Origin: a virus
Taxonomy: Duplodnaviria; Caudoviricetes
Virus record (IMG/VR): IMGVR_UViG_3300030330_000362
Location: 1-43,894 of that record
Reading direction: 5' to 3' (one strand)
DNA length: 43,894 bases
The stretch's first letter is position 1. Every line of letters begins with the position of its first letter. Shown here one piece after another: positions 9,401 to 18,824 of this stretch. Under the pieces are notes generated by a model. That model ran no database searches. It saw only the letters and a program-made list of their open reading frames with translations, and was not told the origin of the DNA. Position numbers and translations under genes: made by a program.

Positions 9401-9867
9401 TCCAATTCAAACGCCTTATTTCTAGCCTCTTGGCCTGTAAAGTTAGACTCATCAAACGCATTGTTTAGATCAGTAGATCTTATTGTACTACCACCCGCAA
9501 AGTTGGTATAATCACTCGATGCGTCTCTAGTTCTACGTTCAACTGACACCACAGCTCCTGTAGGAAGCGTAGTGCTGAACGTAATTGTATTGTTATCTGT
9601 GGATAGTGTGTAGTTATATAAAGTTGTACCAGCTGAAACTGCTGGGAAGTATAATCCGTCAGTATTGTTGACCTGTGGGTGGCTAGATTGTGCTGTACTA
9701 CCGCTTGTTTGGCGTAGTTGTAGCACTCTTGTACCACCTGACAGAGTTACATATACATCCAGATCATCATGGTTATTCAATTCGATCCCAACGGGGGTAA
9801 AGACAGTCGCAGACTGCCCGTTTGTACCCACTGCATTAGGAAATGTTTTTTTAGTTGTTACTGCCAT
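6475..9867 (-). CDS. Tail fibre protein (gp17-like)
   Basis: T7 gp17-like N-terminal adaptor; many ~10-aa VTTAKIAD repeats; C-terminal YDLGTSSKRWRNVYTNDL...WTIQEG domain. Confidence 0.92.
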   Translation of the reverse strand: MAVTTKKTFPNAVGTNGQSATVFTPVGIELNNHDDLDVYVTLSGGTRVLQLRQTSGSTAQSSHPQVNNTDGLYFPAVSAGTTLYNYTLSTDNNTITFSTTLPTGAVVSVERRTRDASSDYTNFAGGSTIRSTDLNNAFDESNFTGQEARNKAFELEGALFEGGSITKNFVTSSHIVDGTIATADLANNSVTTDKIADGAVTSAKFGNNSVSTTNINDANVTTVKLADDAVTAAKIADGNVGANQLSSNAVTTVKIQDNAVTTAKIAADAVTNAKIADNSIDSEHYVDGSIDTAHIADSQITSAKIADGTIVAGDLASNSVTSAKIASNAVTTDKIADGELTTLAGMQSTTASNLASGTALTASTAELNQLDGITLETSVTTNSDTRIPTSKAVNDLVLSVTNALGGFVAIANETSFPTANPDPSNNAGTVVSISQLASGLAVNSSGVATISNGAGSGNTVTITGFPSSLHSQTLPANSGLQVQTTSTLHTYTFHKQLASAADIQAISATVNSFSNRYRVSASAPTSSLDSGDLWFDTTNNKLMVYNSTTTAWEEVTSTGNFFINTLSSTGSGSDNPPGGSATFNGTAQKFALSNPPQFAAQLLVSLNGVIQKPNSGTSVPSEGFAVSGNNIIFSSAPPTGADFFIITIGSSVGIGTPSNNTVTSAILQNGSVTTAKIVDANVTTAKIQDGAVNTTKLDNDAVTTAKIAASAVTTARLADDAVTAAKLANTSVTAGSYGSSTSIPSITVDAQGRITAASGNTVNTDLVGDTSPQLGGNLDTNGFRIDFDDNQAARFGNSADLSISHNGTHAVIQNNTGTLFSLADSVYLKSQDNSETLATFTKNGTAELYYSANKKFETTNTGATVTGSLTTDGFTSTASGDALFTGTTSGRNAKWDTSHDRLIFDDGAKAVFGSGGDLEVFHDGSHSYIKDAGTGNLRISSDSNIWIEHGSENMIVCNGDGSVELYYDNSKRFETKSYGANIQKSGEVITLIGSTNGSGAYLTLDGASNGDGAGGDHASIGHDSSGNLHIKTDSPASNVSIVFSTNATQRTIIDESGHLKPNSNNTYDLGTSSKRWRNVYTNDLNLSNEGSSNDVDGTWGDWTIQEGESDLFLKNNRSGKKYKFNLTEVS

Positions 9868-9892
9868 TGATAATCAATGTATGGAATTGGTG

Positions 9893-12800
9893 CTAGGGTG
9901 TGGAACCACCTAGTTCTATTATTCTTTCTACTTCTTTATTTGTCTCAGAGGCTGAGAAACCTTGTTTATTAAGTCTATCTCTTAATTTTGGTACAAAGAT
10001 ACGTGATCTTAATGATTTAGGATCTTTTAAATCAGAAAAAGGAGTTCCTGGAAGCAACATTTGAGTTTTTGCTCTGTTTTTAGCTGCTTTAAACACGTTA
10101 TCTATTTCGTAATAGAACGGTTCTTTCCTAACATCAAAACCTCCTACCTCATTTCCAAAGACTCCTGCTAAACCATCCTTAGACATTACACCTTGGTTGG
10201 TTTTTTTACGTTGTTCTTTGTAATCTTTAAGAGATCTTTGCACAGGTTTACTGTTTATTACCCTTAATAAGTCTTTTCTAAGAAATTTATCTGTAGCTAA
10301 AAGCCTGTTAAACTCAGATAATTCAGTAGCAGTTAATTCAACACCATCAATAGATGTTAAATTAGCGTTTAGATCATATTCTATTTCCATTAAAAAGTCA
10401 GTTACAGGATCGGACTTTTCAAAATCTATACCTACTGGAGATATAAGGTTAAATGCTCTGAGAAGTATATTTTCAGGCAACATATATAACTTCTTTTCAG
10501 TACGTTCTTCATTAAATATATCATACTTTTGTGGTAAAAATAATTCTGCCGCACCAGAACGTCTCATAAATTTTTCATTCATAGACTGAGCTTCTTTCAC
10601 AGTACCATCTGCTAAATCGGCAAAATCATTCATAGCTCCTGTCATTGGTATAAAGCTAGCACCTTGAGCAGCTATTGTACTTTCAATTCTACTAGCAGGA
10701 TTTTCAGAAGTAAATAAACCAACAAGCTCTTCTAAACCACCCATAGGGCCGTTGTTAACTAATAGTTCACCAAAAATAATTGATAGTTTTGCTAAACCCT
10801 CATCCATTAAACTTTGACCTAAGACATGAGCGTTCTCTGCCATATTACCTACTAAATTAAATAATACGTTAAATATTTCTAATTTTTGAAAACTGATATA
10901 CACTTTATCGCCAGTTATAGGATTCTTATACATAAGACTATTAGGTTTTATGCCAGCTTGTATCCACATAGCACGTTTTCCTGGATCTCTTGGATAATCA
11001 CCTGTTAACTGTCCTCTTGATGCTGCAAATATAGCCAAGGCAGTAGCAATGGTGCCTGTTGCCATACGTCCTTCCATAAATGCAATTTCTTGAGGAATAT
11101 CTGCTTTAGCTATACCTAATTTTTCTAATTCTTCTAAATTACCTGTGACTAAAGCTCTATATTTTTTATTTGCTAAACCAAAAGGTGTGTGTAAAAATGC
11201 TAATTCTAAACCATTAACTGCTGGGGTTAAGAATTTAAAAAACAATCTACTTCCTGGAATGGTAGATGCAAGTACCTCAAAGGCTTTTGCTGTACCTGTT
11301 AAAGATTTTGTAAGTGTAGCTTCATCTCCAGCTAATTTAGCCATCTTATCTTTTGTTACCCAAATTCCAATACCATCTTCACTATCGTCAATTTTTTTAA
11401 AAATTTTATTTCTATATTGTTCTTTAAATAAAGGTAAGTATTTTTTTAAATCTCTTGGATCTACACCATCTTCAATAAGATCTCTTGCAGCTCTAGCATA
11501 CATCATTTGATGACCAATAGAGGTACGTGCTGCGGCATCTCCCGCTGCCATTGAGATAGTACTATGTCTAGCAAACGCATTTGTGTTTAATTCTTGTAAA
11601 CCTCTAGTAAGTCTGTACGCTATTTGTGTGCCAAAATTACCATATCTTTTTACAAAATCACCATGAGCAACAAAATTATCTTTATTACGTTTTATAGCAT
11701 ATCTACCTGTATAGTCAGTATCCATGCCTTTTCGTCCTAAATTATAATTTCTTTTAAACATAGCTATTGATTCACCTAAAGATGCAAACAAACCATCTAT
11801 TTCAGCAAAAGCTATTGCAACCTCTTTTTCAGTATATCTAGGAGCATTTACATCAATAAGTTCTCTAAATCCTTGCGGGGCTGTAAACTTATTTCTATAC
11901 AATCTATAAGGGTTGACAATACCAACAGCCTTCATAAATCCTCTATATCCACCTAAAAGACCAGTTCCAAAGATTGCTTTAACAGGAGTTCCTATACGTG
12001 ATAATAAACCATTGTACATAACACCATACAACTCTTGTACAATTTGACTAGGTAAGGCTTTAAATCTTGCACCTTTCTTTCCATGAAAACCAAAGAATGT
12101 GCCACCAAAAACTTTAGAGTTTAAATAAACTGCAAGATCTTCAAGAGACAAAACATCTCCATCACTTAATTCAAACATACGTATTAAATCTTGAAGCCCA
12201 GAATCATCTCCAGTTTTTTGTGCTTCTTTCAATAATTTAATCATGTTGTCGTGAAGTTTATCTGCATCTCGGCTTACGTTCAATAATTTTTTAGAAATAT
12301 TCTTATTTGCTCGTAATGTATCAATACGTTTCAAATCACCAGCTTGTTGTAGCTGACCATCTAAACCCCAAGCATATTGGTACTCTTTTGTCTTTTCAAA
12401 AACTACTTTCATTAAATCAGCAAGTTTTTCAAAATTAGTAAACACCGACATTCCATTAGATATTTCTAAGGTACCCGCTGACAGGTTAGCCATTGTTTTA
12501 CCTAAAGAGCGTAATATAATTAGGTTAGCGTCTTTTTGTACAGGGCCTATTGTGTCGATAATTAAGCTGTTACCATCTTTATCCTTACCATAAGAGAAAG
12601 TTCTAAATTCATCACCTTTCTTTTTACCAATACGTAAACGTGTTTCATAAGATCTTTTTAAATCTTTAATCTTACCTTGTGTAAAACCAGCGATGGATTC
12701 TAATATAGGTTCAGCACGTCTAACGGCTTGTATTGCAAGAGCTTCATAATCTTCACCTGAATAGGTTTTAGCCATACGTTTTGATATGTCATCAACTACT

Positions 12801-14437
12801 TCTTGAAAAATTTGTCTTAAATTTTTGTCGCCTCCAGCTGCTCTATCAATCAACTCTTTACCAATAGCTGTGTTAGAAGCTCTTGTTGGGGATGTGTTAG
12901 ATGGGCCTTTTGCATGATTAAGAATATCAGCTTCATCGACTAAATTTGTTTCTATTTCAGGACTTGTTTTAGCTTCAGTAACTACATCTTCAATAGCATC
13001 TACATTTTTAGAATATGTTACTTTTTCAATGTCGTCAAATAATTCTGGATTAACATGTGCATCTGGTTGACGACCTACATTTTCTAAATCTAAATCTGTA
13101 CTAGAATACTTAATGTCATCCCAGACATCACCTTTACTAGCACCTATACGTTTAGCTAGATCAGTATATCTAATAATTTCATCTTGATTTTTAGCAAACT
13201 GTACTCGATCTACACCTTCAAGACTGTTAAATTCAATTAATTCAGAGTATGCTTTTAGATCATCTTCATCTAAATGATTTCTAATATATTTATCTAAAGG
13301 ATCAGTAGGGTCTACACCAATACCAAGATTATTCTTAACTTTAGCTAATTTCTGTGCCGCTCTTTCTTGGTTAAGCATTTCTCTAAGAACTTGTCTTTTT
13401 AGTTCATTAGTACCAGCTTCGTTACCAATCTGGACTGCTTCATCTAGCGACTTACCTGACTTTTTAGCTTTATCAAAAGCCGCTTTAGCTGCTTTAGGGG
13501 CATGCCTAAAAAATGCACTAACATACCAACCAATGTGATTAAGACCACCTCCAGCTGCTACAGTCTTTAATTTTGCCTCCCATACACTATCATTATCATC
13601 AACAGCTAATCTATTAACAATAGGTGGTACTAACCAAGGTGTGTACTGATTTGCTAAGTTAATAATATTACCACCCTCTGAGGATTGAGAGATTAATTCT
13701 GCTGCTCCCCCTTCTCCAAAAACACGTCCAGCTTTACTTATAAATTGTAAAGGTTTATTACTTGCTATAAATTTTGAACCTGATCTTAATACACCAAGAT
13801 TTGTCAAGCCAGCTTTAGTAAGAGTTGCTTTACTAATACCGCCTACTCCACCTGTAAGTCTAACTAAAAGTCCAAACTCAATTAGACCTCTAGCCATTTT
13901 TCCTATATTAGTTTTATTTTCAGGTTCATAAACATCTGGCATTTCAAAGTAGCTACCACCCTTATAATTTTCATGGAAAGGGTTTTCAGTATCTTTGACT
14001 GGTTGACCGAGAACATGTTTCATTCCCGTTTCCAAAGTGTCCTTACTAAGATAAGCAAAGTTACCTAAACTTTCAGCAGTGTCAATTATACCTCCTGATA
14101 CAGACCTAATTGTTTCAGGGACTACACCTTTTTGCTCGTTTAACACTTCTTGGGCTTTAGCCATATCTTCAGATTTTTGTGCAAATATAGCTTCTTGGTC
14201 AGCTCTAATTTCTTCTTTACTACGTTGATCTCCTTGAAATCTGTTGTCAACAAAATCTCTTGCATTGACCCTTAGATCATCTGTAAATTGTTGAAAAGCA
14301 TTTTTAGAATCATTTTGTTTTGCAAATTCTTCTGCCATACTACTGACATCTGACATGTCAGGTAGTTGGTTTTCTGTATTTTCCTCTTGGGGTAAATACT
14401 CCTCGTTATTATTTTCCTGAGTTTCAAATTCTTCCAT
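9893..14437 (-). CDS. Internal virion protein (gp16-like)
   Basis: 1514 aa, largest ORF, syntenic position just before the tail fibre. Confidence 0.8.
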   Translation of the reverse strand: MEEFETQENNNEEYLPQEENTENQLPDMSDVSSMAEEFAKQNDSKNAFQQFTDDLRVNARDFVDNRFQGDQRSKEEIRADQEAIFAQKSEDMAKAQEVLNEQKGVVPETIRSVSGGIIDTAESLGNFAYLSKDTLETGMKHVLGQPVKDTENPFHENYKGGSYFEMPDVYEPENKTNIGKMARGLIEFGLLVRLTGGVGGISKATLTKAGLTNLGVLRSGSKFIASNKPLQFISKAGRVFGEGGAAELISQSSEGGNIINLANQYTPWLVPPIVNRLAVDDNDSVWEAKLKTVAAGGGLNHIGWYVSAFFRHAPKAAKAAFDKAKKSGKSLDEAVQIGNEAGTNELKRQVLREMLNQERAAQKLAKVKNNLGIGVDPTDPLDKYIRNHLDEDDLKAYSELIEFNSLEGVDRVQFAKNQDEIIRYTDLAKRIGASKGDVWDDIKYSSTDLDLENVGRQPDAHVNPELFDDIEKVTYSKNVDAIEDVVTEAKTSPEIETNLVDEADILNHAKGPSNTSPTRASNTAIGKELIDRAAGGDKNLRQIFQEVVDDISKRMAKTYSGEDYEALAIQAVRRAEPILESIAGFTQGKIKDLKRSYETRLRIGKKKGDEFRTFSYGKDKDGNSLIIDTIGPVQKDANLIILRSLGKTMANLSAGTLEISNGMSVFTNFEKLADLMKVVFEKTKEYQYAWGLDGQLQQAGDLKRIDTLRANKNISKKLLNVSRDADKLHDNMIKLLKEAQKTGDDSGLQDLIRMFELSDGDVLSLEDLAVYLNSKVFGGTFFGFHGKKGARFKALPSQIVQELYGVMYNGLLSRIGTPVKAIFGTGLLGGYRGFMKAVGIVNPYRLYRNKFTAPQGFRELIDVNAPRYTEKEVAIAFAEIDGLFASLGESIAMFKRNYNLGRKGMDTDYTGRYAIKRNKDNFVAHGDFVKRYGNFGTQIAYRLTRGLQELNTNAFARHSTISMAAGDAAARTSIGHQMMYARAARDLIEDGVDPRDLKKYLPLFKEQYRNKIFKKIDDSEDGIGIWVTKDKMAKLAGDEATLTKSLTGTAKAFEVLASTIPGSRLFFKFLTPAVNGLELAFLHTPFGLANKKYRALVTGNLEELEKLGIAKADIPQEIAFMEGRMATGTIATALAIFAASRGQLTGDYPRDPGKRAMWIQAGIKPNSLMYKNPITGDKVYISFQKLEIFNVLFNLVGNMAENAHVLGQSLMDEGLAKLSIIFGELLVNNGPMGGLEELVGLFTSENPASRIESTIAAQGASFIPMTGAMNDFADLADGTVKEAQSMNEKFMRRSGAAELFLPQKYDIFNEERTEKKLYMLPENILLRAFNLISPVGIDFEKSDPVTDFLMEIEYDLNANLTSIDGVELTATELSEFNRLLATDKFLRKDLLRVINSKPVQRSLKDYKEQRKKTNQGVMSKDGLAGVFGNEVGGFDVRKEPFYYEIDNVFKAAKNRAKTQMLLPGTPFSDLKDPKSLRSRIFVPKLRDRLNKQGFSASETNKEVERIIELGGSTP

Positions 14438-17400
14438 CAGGGTAAAACTCCTTGTGTTCTAAGTTTTTGGATATATTGGTTTGCAAAAGCATTGATAGTA
14501 GGTAGGTTAAACTTGTCCATATCGCCCCGTAAGACGTTAGCTACATGGTATCTAGCAGCTAGGTGTAAGTCACCATTAGCTTTAGTTAAAGCTGCACTAA
14601 ATGATTTTGCATTAAAATATTCCCACAACTCTTTTTGTAATACTTCATCTTGTCTATAGCGGTTAAGTGCCTTAGCATAATTTAAACCACTTAGAGGGTT
14701 ATCTTCATCTCTATCTTTAGTTAGTTTTAGAATCATACTACGAGTAAAAGGATATTTACCTATAGTTTGTTCTAATCTTTTTCCTATTGACAATTTATCC
14801 ATATCAGGTAAAGGGTCAACCAACTCACCATTAACTCGTTTTTGTATATCTAAATGTATATCTGTGGATGCACCTGTATTACCTATTTCACCTATAATCT
14901 CACCATTATAAGCTGCACCTATTTTAAGTTTAGGGTTGTAATTTTTTAAATGGTTAAATCTATATGCAGTACCATCTGGGGCAGTAATTTCTATAGTAAC
15001 TCCTAAAACTTTATCAGATCTATTGTCAGTAACAACACCATCCTGTATTTTAAAAGCTGTAAAAAAACCCTCTTTACCAGTTGTACCTACATCAAGTCCA
15101 TTGTGAGGGTTGCTTGCACCTTCAGGTAATTTTTCTGGATCTCTTTTAACTCCAAACTTACCATTAGCAGATATACCTATGTATCTATTACCAAAATGTT
15201 TTTCACCATTAATAGTCTGTACCTGACCAGCATCTAACTCTAAACCTTGTGCTGTAATTTCGTTTTTCACAACATCCTCAAAGTTCATACCAATAAATGC
15301 CTGTGTAATAGTCTTAGCATTAAATGGGTCAAGATCAGTAATAAGTCTTTTAACAACCTTAGTGCTTGTATTGCCTTTAGATTGTAATGCCATTAACTTA
15401 CTACCAGCTTCACTATTAAGTATAGAATTTTTAAATAAATCGTAATTTTCTGGTTTTGTTATTATTGGTAAACCAAATGCTTCATTTTGTAATACAGAAA
15501 AATCATACTGAGGTATAGACATACTTTGAGCTATGTACATGGATGATAAATCTTTTAAACCACCATTATCATCTATGTCTACATTTTTAGTTATCTTTTT
15601 ATCTGCACTTGTATTGTTAATTTTTATATCGTTAATTTTTTCTGGTAAAGAATATTGATGTTTGTAAGGATTGCCCCCATACTTTTCTTTATAAAGGTTT
15701 TGAAAACCACCGTCAAGTCTATCATCAGTAGTAACATAGTAACGACTGGTTTGACCAGCTGCTCCGCTTGTGTTAGCTTCAATTACTTGTGTTTTAAATT
15801 GTTTTAATGCTTCTTGAAGAGAGTCAGTAAAGGTTAAAACTTGTCCTTGATCTTTTGCAGCTTTTTGTATAGCATAAGCATTGAATTTTATTTCTGACAA
15901 AAACTCATTGTAAGCTACTGTAAAGGTACCACTGGGATCTTTGACACCGCCTATAGTATCAATTACAAAAGAATCATTTAATCCTGCAAGAAAACTTTTA
16001 AAATCTTTTTCTATACGTTCTACATCATCTTTTTCTATTGAAGGGTATAATTGTGGTAATACTTTAATGTTAGGATTAGCTTCTAAAAACTCTTTTTTAG
16101 TTTCAATATCTAACGTAGGGTCTGCAAATTGAGCAGCTGTTATAACACCTCCTTGTTCCTTTGCTGTTGCTTTTAAAGATCTAACTGTAGCATCAGGGCT
16201 AGATGGATCTAAAAATATTCTAGAAGAAGAATCAATAATTGTTTGTGTAGCAAATGGATACTTGTCATGTAAACTTTCAACAAAGTCTGATTTTTGTTGT
16301 TCAGTATCTCTTTCTTCAGATGATAATTTTTCTTGAGCATCAATATAATTCTCAACACTCATTTTTACAACTGCTTCTTGAAATGCTTTTTGACTATTAT
16401 ATTCAGCAACCACTGCTTTTTGTTTTAATTGCTTTATAACAAAAGGACTAAACTTAGCTTGATGTAATTCAGCTAAAGATTTAAAACCAGCTGGTGTATT
16501 AGTTTTTACATTTAAAGCAGCATTAATTCTATCTTCTAATAAATCTGGGTTAGATGATCTTTTAAATGCCTCTTCAACTCTAGTTTGCAACCGTTCTAAA
16601 GCTATAGCTCCCTTGGATTTATTTTTTGAAGTGCTTACAAATGGTTTAGCAGAATTAATATAATTTGGCAACATTTGGTTTAAAGAAGGAAATCCTACAG
16701 AACCATCTAACGAACCGTCTAAAAGATTATCTAAACCAGCTAACTGACTAGCATTAAACTCAGCATCTATATCTGCATACCTTTTTTTAAGGTTTTCTTT
16801 CATCACCTTTCTAGCAGGAGTTACTAACAACTCTGCTGTGGTTTGGTCATTTAAGTCACCTCTATTTTCTTGCGTCCATTTATCTAAGACATAATTAGAA
16901 GCAATAGCTAATTGTTTTTTAGTTAAATTAGGATCATTAACACTAAATGGTACATTACCATCAAGTAGTTGTGTATCATCAATTTTTAAAGCATTATCTA
17001 AATAAGCACTAAACCCTTCTACTTTTAACGCTTTGTCTTTAGCTTGATAACCATATGTATAAGCTCCAGAAAAAATACCTCTGATTCTTCTAGCTTTTTC
17101 ATCTTTAAAAGGGTCAGTGCTGTTTTCTATATCTTCAGCAAGTTTATTACCCTTTTGAGTTATGTCAAGTTGTTTATTAGCAACAATATCTATCGCCTTT
17201 TCTGGGCTGTCAAACCCTCTTCCTGGAAGGGTTCCAAAATTACCAAAGGCTTCATCATCAGGATCTAACGATTGAGTATCATCGTAAAGATCAGGAGCTG
17301 CTAATTCTTCCATAACTCTATCAGCAGAACCTTGAGCTCTAGCTGCAGTCATTCCTGTTTTAGCAATACTAGGTATTGTTTCACTTAAAAGATTTTGTAA

Positions 17401-17640
17401 TGTTTTACTAAATTGAGCAGCTTGTTGAGCTTCATAGTTACTAACCCTTAGATAGTTGTTTGTGATTCTTTGCTCTTCAGCTCTTTGTTCTGCAGCTGAC
17501 TGTACTCTTTTTGCAATCTCTTCTTTAGCTCTTTTTTCTATTTGAGCAGCGTACTGCTTTTGTCTATTGACATCAGAAGATGGTGTGCGTTGAGAAAAAC
17601 CTGTTTGCCACTCACCACTTCTACGAAATCCTTTTGCCAT
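14437..17640 (-). CDS. Internal virion protein (gp15-like) with M23 peptidase-like domain
   Basis: Synteny; HNGLDVG...YRFNHL...GEIIGEIGNTGASTDIHLD...VDP. Confidence 0.8.
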   Translation of the reverse strand: MAKGFRRSGEWQTGFSQRTPSSDVNRQKQYAAQIEKRAKEEIAKRVQSAAEQRAEEQRITNNYLRVSNYEAQQAAQFSKTLQNLLSETIPSIAKTGMTAARAQGSADRVMEELAAPDLYDDTQSLDPDDEAFGNFGTLPGRGFDSPEKAIDIVANKQLDITQKGNKLAEDIENSTDPFKDEKARRIRGIFSGAYTYGYQAKDKALKVEGFSAYLDNALKIDDTQLLDGNVPFSVNDPNLTKKQLAIASNYVLDKWTQENRGDLNDQTTAELLVTPARKVMKENLKKRYADIDAEFNASQLAGLDNLLDGSLDGSVGFPSLNQMLPNYINSAKPFVSTSKNKSKGAIALERLQTRVEEAFKRSSNPDLLEDRINAALNVKTNTPAGFKSLAELHQAKFSPFVIKQLKQKAVVAEYNSQKAFQEAVVKMSVENYIDAQEKLSSEERDTEQQKSDFVESLHDKYPFATQTIIDSSSRIFLDPSSPDATVRSLKATAKEQGGVITAAQFADPTLDIETKKEFLEANPNIKVLPQLYPSIEKDDVERIEKDFKSFLAGLNDSFVIDTIGGVKDPSGTFTVAYNEFLSEIKFNAYAIQKAAKDQGQVLTFTDSLQEALKQFKTQVIEANTSGAAGQTSRYYVTTDDRLDGGFQNLYKEKYGGNPYKHQYSLPEKINDIKINNTSADKKITKNVDIDDNGGLKDLSSMYIAQSMSIPQYDFSVLQNEAFGLPIITKPENYDLFKNSILNSEAGSKLMALQSKGNTSTKVVKRLITDLDPFNAKTITQAFIGMNFEDVVKNEITAQGLELDAGQVQTINGEKHFGNRYIGISANGKFGVKRDPEKLPEGASNPHNGLDVGTTGKEGFFTAFKIQDGVVTDNRSDKVLGVTIEITAPDGTAYRFNHLKNYNPKLKIGAAYNGEIIGEIGNTGASTDIHLDIQKRVNGELVDPLPDMDKLSIGKRLEQTIGKYPFTRSMILKLTKDRDEDNPLSGLNYAKALNRYRQDEVLQKELWEYFNAKSFSAALTKANGDLHLAARYHVANVLRGDMDKFNLPTINAFANQYIQKLRTQGVLP

Positions 17641-17649
17641 AATTAATTT

Positions 17650-18393
17650 TTATGAAGTTGACCACCACGCTTTGTTAGCATTTCCTGAAGCATGTCCTAT
17701 ACCAGAACCAGTTTTGACTCCTGCACTAAAGCCAGTCATAATAGATCCAAGCATACTTGGTTTTTCTGGGCCTGCCATTTCAACTGGTTTAACAGTTTTA
17801 AACTCAGCTGCCTGTGCAACTGGAGCTGCCATAACATTGTTAAATGCTTGGTTGTCAGCTGAATACTGACTGAGTAATAAGTTATATTCTTGTAAACCAA
17901 ATCCTTTTCTAGCATTATATACACTTGCGTCAACAGCAGCTTGTTCCATTCCTAACTGTCTTTCCTGATCGTTTAATGTTAGTAGCATAGACTGTCCTGC
18001 AGCCATACCACTTGCAAGTACTGTACCTTGGGCCCTGATAGATTCCGCTAATCTTGTCTGACCTTCAAATAATGCCTCTGATATTTTTTCTCTTAATTTT
18101 AGTTGGTTTGCTGTGGATGCTCTTGATTGCTCTAATTGGTTTAGATCTTTCTGCCTTTCCATTGCGGTAACTGAGGCAGCTTGAGCTTCTAATTGTGCTT
18201 TAAATACGTTTTGTTTTTGCTGGTCTTTGAAAGCAGATATTTGTATTTTATTTAGATAATCCTGCTTTGCTTGATAGTTCGACCTATCTACCGCTGCTTT
18301 CTGAGCTCGGTATTGTGCCATCTTCGCTTGTCGATCTGCGATTGCAGTCCCAACTCCCGAAATACCTGCCAAAGCTAGTGTTACTGTACACAT
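17650..18393 (-). CDS. Internal virion protein (gp14-like)
   Basis: MC start, Ala/Gln-rich helical sequence, synteny. Confidence 0.8.
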   Translation of the reverse strand: MCTVTLALAGISGVGTAIADRQAKMAQYRAQKAAVDRSNYQAKQDYLNKIQISAFKDQQKQNVFKAQLEAQAASVTAMERQKDLNQLEQSRASTANQLKLREKISEALFEGQTRLAESIRAQGTVLASGMAAGQSMLLTLNDQERQLGMEQAAVDASVYNARKGFGLQEYNLLLSQYSADNQAFNNVMAAPVAQAAEFKTVKPVEMAGPEKPSMLGSIMTGFSAGVKTGSGIGHASGNANKAWWSTS

Positions 18394-18824
18394 AGTTTGT
18401 AAAATTCTATAAGGGGTATGCCATTTAAAACAGTATAAGATAAGAAATTAAACTTTAATAATTTAAGTAATTTTATATGAGCTTCATTCCGCATGTCTGC
18501 GTAGTTACATAAATAAGGATTAGGTAGACTATCTACCCAGCGTCGTGCTTCCCTTACGAATGTATGAGGATACTCTGTACTAGCATCAGTGCATAGCATC
18601 CAGATAGCGTTCTGGGAAGTTACTCCCGCCACTCCAGCAGCCTTGCCGTTGGGAACCTTAAAGTACACACAGTATTCGGAATTGTAAAATGACTCTAATA
18701 TAGCTGGGGCAGCGTGTAAGCCAGAGACTTGTTCGGCTTCACGTTTATCTTCCCAACGTAAGTTTAGCCCTACACTTAGAGCAAGCTCAGGAGTGCAAGG
18801 CTGTATATACTTACCTACGTACAT
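18381..18824 (-). CDS. gp13-like protein (GNAT-like internal virion protein A)
   Basis: LRWEDKRE...AGV...IWMLCT...NYADMRNEAHIKLLKLLKF; synteny after the tail tube genes. Confidence 0.8.
   Translation of the reverse strand: MYVGKYIQPCTPELALSVGLNLRWEDKREAEQVSGLHAAPAILESFYNSEYCVYFKVPNGKAAGVAGVTSQNAIWMLCTDASTEYPHTFVREARRWVDSLPNPYLCNYADMRNEAHIKLLKLLKFNFLSYTVLNGIPLIEFYKLCVQ

Noticed and set aside
7679-9511. Long plus-strand ORFs opposite the tail fibre
   Set aside because: Antisense shadows of the repetitive VTTAKIAD coding region, with no RBS or independent motifs.
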